DNA of 64,000 nucleotides from an uncultured Candidatus Saccharibacteria bacterium (GTDB lineage Bacteria; Patescibacteriota; Saccharimonadia; Saccharimonadales; JALRHH01): NCBI GenBank assembly GCA_964590315.1, contig CAZPVS010000002.1, positions 2,693 to 66,692 of the forward strand, read 5' to 3'. Shown piece by piece: positions 63,058 to 64,000 of this stretch (position 1 is its first letter; each line of letters starts with the position of its first letter). The notes under the pieces were generated by a model. It saw only the letters and a program-made list of their open reading frames with translations, ran no database searches and was not told where the DNA came from. The position numbers and the translations under genes were made by a program.

Positions 63058-63106
63058 TACATCTGTTAATTCTCGTTATACTAACTACGGGAAGTTGCTT
63101 AAAAGT

Positions 63107-63298
63107 TTAATTGCCTCGCAAAGCATTAAACTGAGTTACATAGCTTCGGTTCTTGTGTTTCGGGACTCTCCTGTATGCCGATTTTATGTTAGCATGAACA
63201 CTTTTTCCCGTAATCATTTTTTGAAGATATCGCATGTCTTCCATGGTCTGTTTCTTGCTAAACTTCTTTTGATTCAAATTTAGTTTTGATAATTTCAT
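63107..63298 (-). CDS. Small lysine-rich hypothetical protein
   Basis: 63 aa. Strong SD (AAAGGAGGT, 7 nt before the ATG). Confidence 0.5.
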   Translation of the reverse strand: MKLSKLNLNQKKFSKKQTMEDMRYLQKMITGKSVHANIKSAYRRVPKHKNRSYVTQFNALRGN

Positions 63299-63383
63299 CG
63301 ATACCTCCTTTGATTATTATTTGCAAGATCGTATCCGTTTGTTATACTAGTAAGTATTATTAACTAGTAAATAAAGTATACCA

Positions 63384-63689
63384 ATGCGTACAATATATAG
63401 TCAAGAACAAATTGTTAAAACCAAAAGTATCGCCAAGATCATTGGAGATTCTAGTAATGTACTAATTCTTTACGAACTAATGAACTTTGGCGAAAAATCT
63501 TTTAATGAACTTAAAAGGATGACGGACATTAATGCCGTAACCCTATCGAAGAAACTATCGCTACTAAAGGCAGAAGGTTTAGTAGATTGCCGCGAGCATG
63601 GTATCGAGAACCATTATTTTGTTACAGACAAATCTGAAGACTTTCGTCATCTTATAAAAGATATAGAAAGTTTAGTAATTAATAAGTAA
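63384..63689 (+). CDS. Winged-helix transcriptional regulator (HxlR/ArsR-type)
   Basis: 101 aa. ILYELMNFGEKSFNELKRMTDINAVTLSKKLSLLKAEGLV. Confidence 0.6.
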   Translation: MRTIYSQEQIVKTKSIAKIIGDSSNVLILYELMNFGEKSFNELKRMTDINAVTLSKKLSLLKAEGLVDCREHGIENHYFVTDKSEDFRHLIKDIESLVINK

Positions 63690-63699
63690 AGGAGAAATT

Positions 63700-63942
63700 A
63701 TGGGATTATTTGACTCAATACAAAACTTAATCGGGGGCGTTACTGATGCAGCTGCTGGTTCAGTTGGAGACGTTGTCGGGAACTTAGGTGAAATTCCTGG
63801 AGTTCAAGAAATACAAGATATCGCAGGTGGTGCGACTGAAGCAGTTACTTCTGCAACAGAGGGTGCGACGGAGGCTGTAGCTTCAGTGACCGAACAAGGT
63901 CAAACTGCAGTTGAAGATGTAACAAATAACCTAGGCCTTTAG
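63700..63942 (+). CDS. Small acidic Gly/Ala/Thr/Glu-repeat protein
   Basis: 80 aa. RBS AAGGAG. Internal repeats GATEAVTSATEGATEAVASVTEQG. Confidence 0.5.
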   Translation: MGLFDSIQNLIGGVTDAAAGSVGDVVGNLGEIPGVQEIQDIAGGATEAVTSATEGATEAVASVTEQGQTAVEDVTNNLGL

Positions 63943-64000
63943 CTCGGCCATATTAGCTAATCCTCATTCTTATAGGTTTTGATGTGTGGTATTCGTGAAA

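Noticed and set aside
62989-63060. Calling the tRNA-like sequence a functional tRNA gene
   Set aside because: Only the T arm, acceptor 3' strand and GCCA fit. The anticodon arm has a 3-nt loop, and the 5' acceptor strand (expected TCCGGAG) is absent. It is reported as a fragment or pseudogene.
1-64000. Scan for CRISPR arrays, rRNA genes, transposases, integrases/recombinases, relaxases and phage structural genes
   Set aside because: I found no regularly spaced direct-repeat array and no rRNA-like conserved strings. None of the ORF translations showed recombinase (R..H..R..Y, DDE, serine-recombinase) or relaxase (HxH/Yx motifs) signatures by eye. Absence should be confirmed with HMM searches.

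Overview
All calls below were made by eye from the sequence and the ORF track. No searches were run, so family names are motif-level recognitions. The window looks like a small, roughly 48% GC, Gram-positive-type genome: it has a sortase plus an LAxTG substrate, PEGA and DUF3048 proteins, and many leaderless extended -10 promoters. Gene content is consistent with a Saccharibacteria/CPR-like organism, which is an inference. Backbone genes: umuDC-like operon, two two-component systems, an orphan T4CP/HerA-like ATPase, gltX with a roughly 450-nt structured leader, sortase, tRNA-Leu(CAA), xth, pyrH, tRNA-Ser(GGA), a MacB-type ABC pair, rlmH, a YpfJ peptidase, a DAG-kinase-like lipid kinase, a Fur/rhodanese/glutaredoxin cluster, a GT2 and a P-type ATPase. 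Three accessory regions interrupt the backbone. (1) 29.5-39.2 kb is an abruptly GC-rich island. Spot counts of 60-nt lines gave 37/60 G+C inside it versus 29/60 in the flank. It encodes an actinobacterial/Gram-positive-type T4SS core: a ParA-like protein, a small 2-TM protein, a VirB6/TrbL-like protein, a split VirB4, and an NlpC/P60+M23 wall hydrolase. No relaxase, coupling protein or integrase lies inside it. (2) 39.3-46.5 kb abuts the first island and is low GC. It consists almost entirely of nucleotide-handling enzymes: NDK-like, Udk-like, a SAM methyltransferase, a CYTH-HD fusion, an unknown 473-aa protein, a second CYTH, a P-loop kinase and a NUDIX hydrolase. This is the best candidate for an undescribed system. 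(3) 59.5-64 kb is a cassette-like run of single genes (M15 dipeptidase, standalone Hen1-like methyltransferase, zeta-toxin-like kinase, Ham1 ITPase). The genes are separated by related terminator/promoter modules and tRNA-3'-end-like fragments. No rRNA, CRISPR array, transposase or integrase was recognised.
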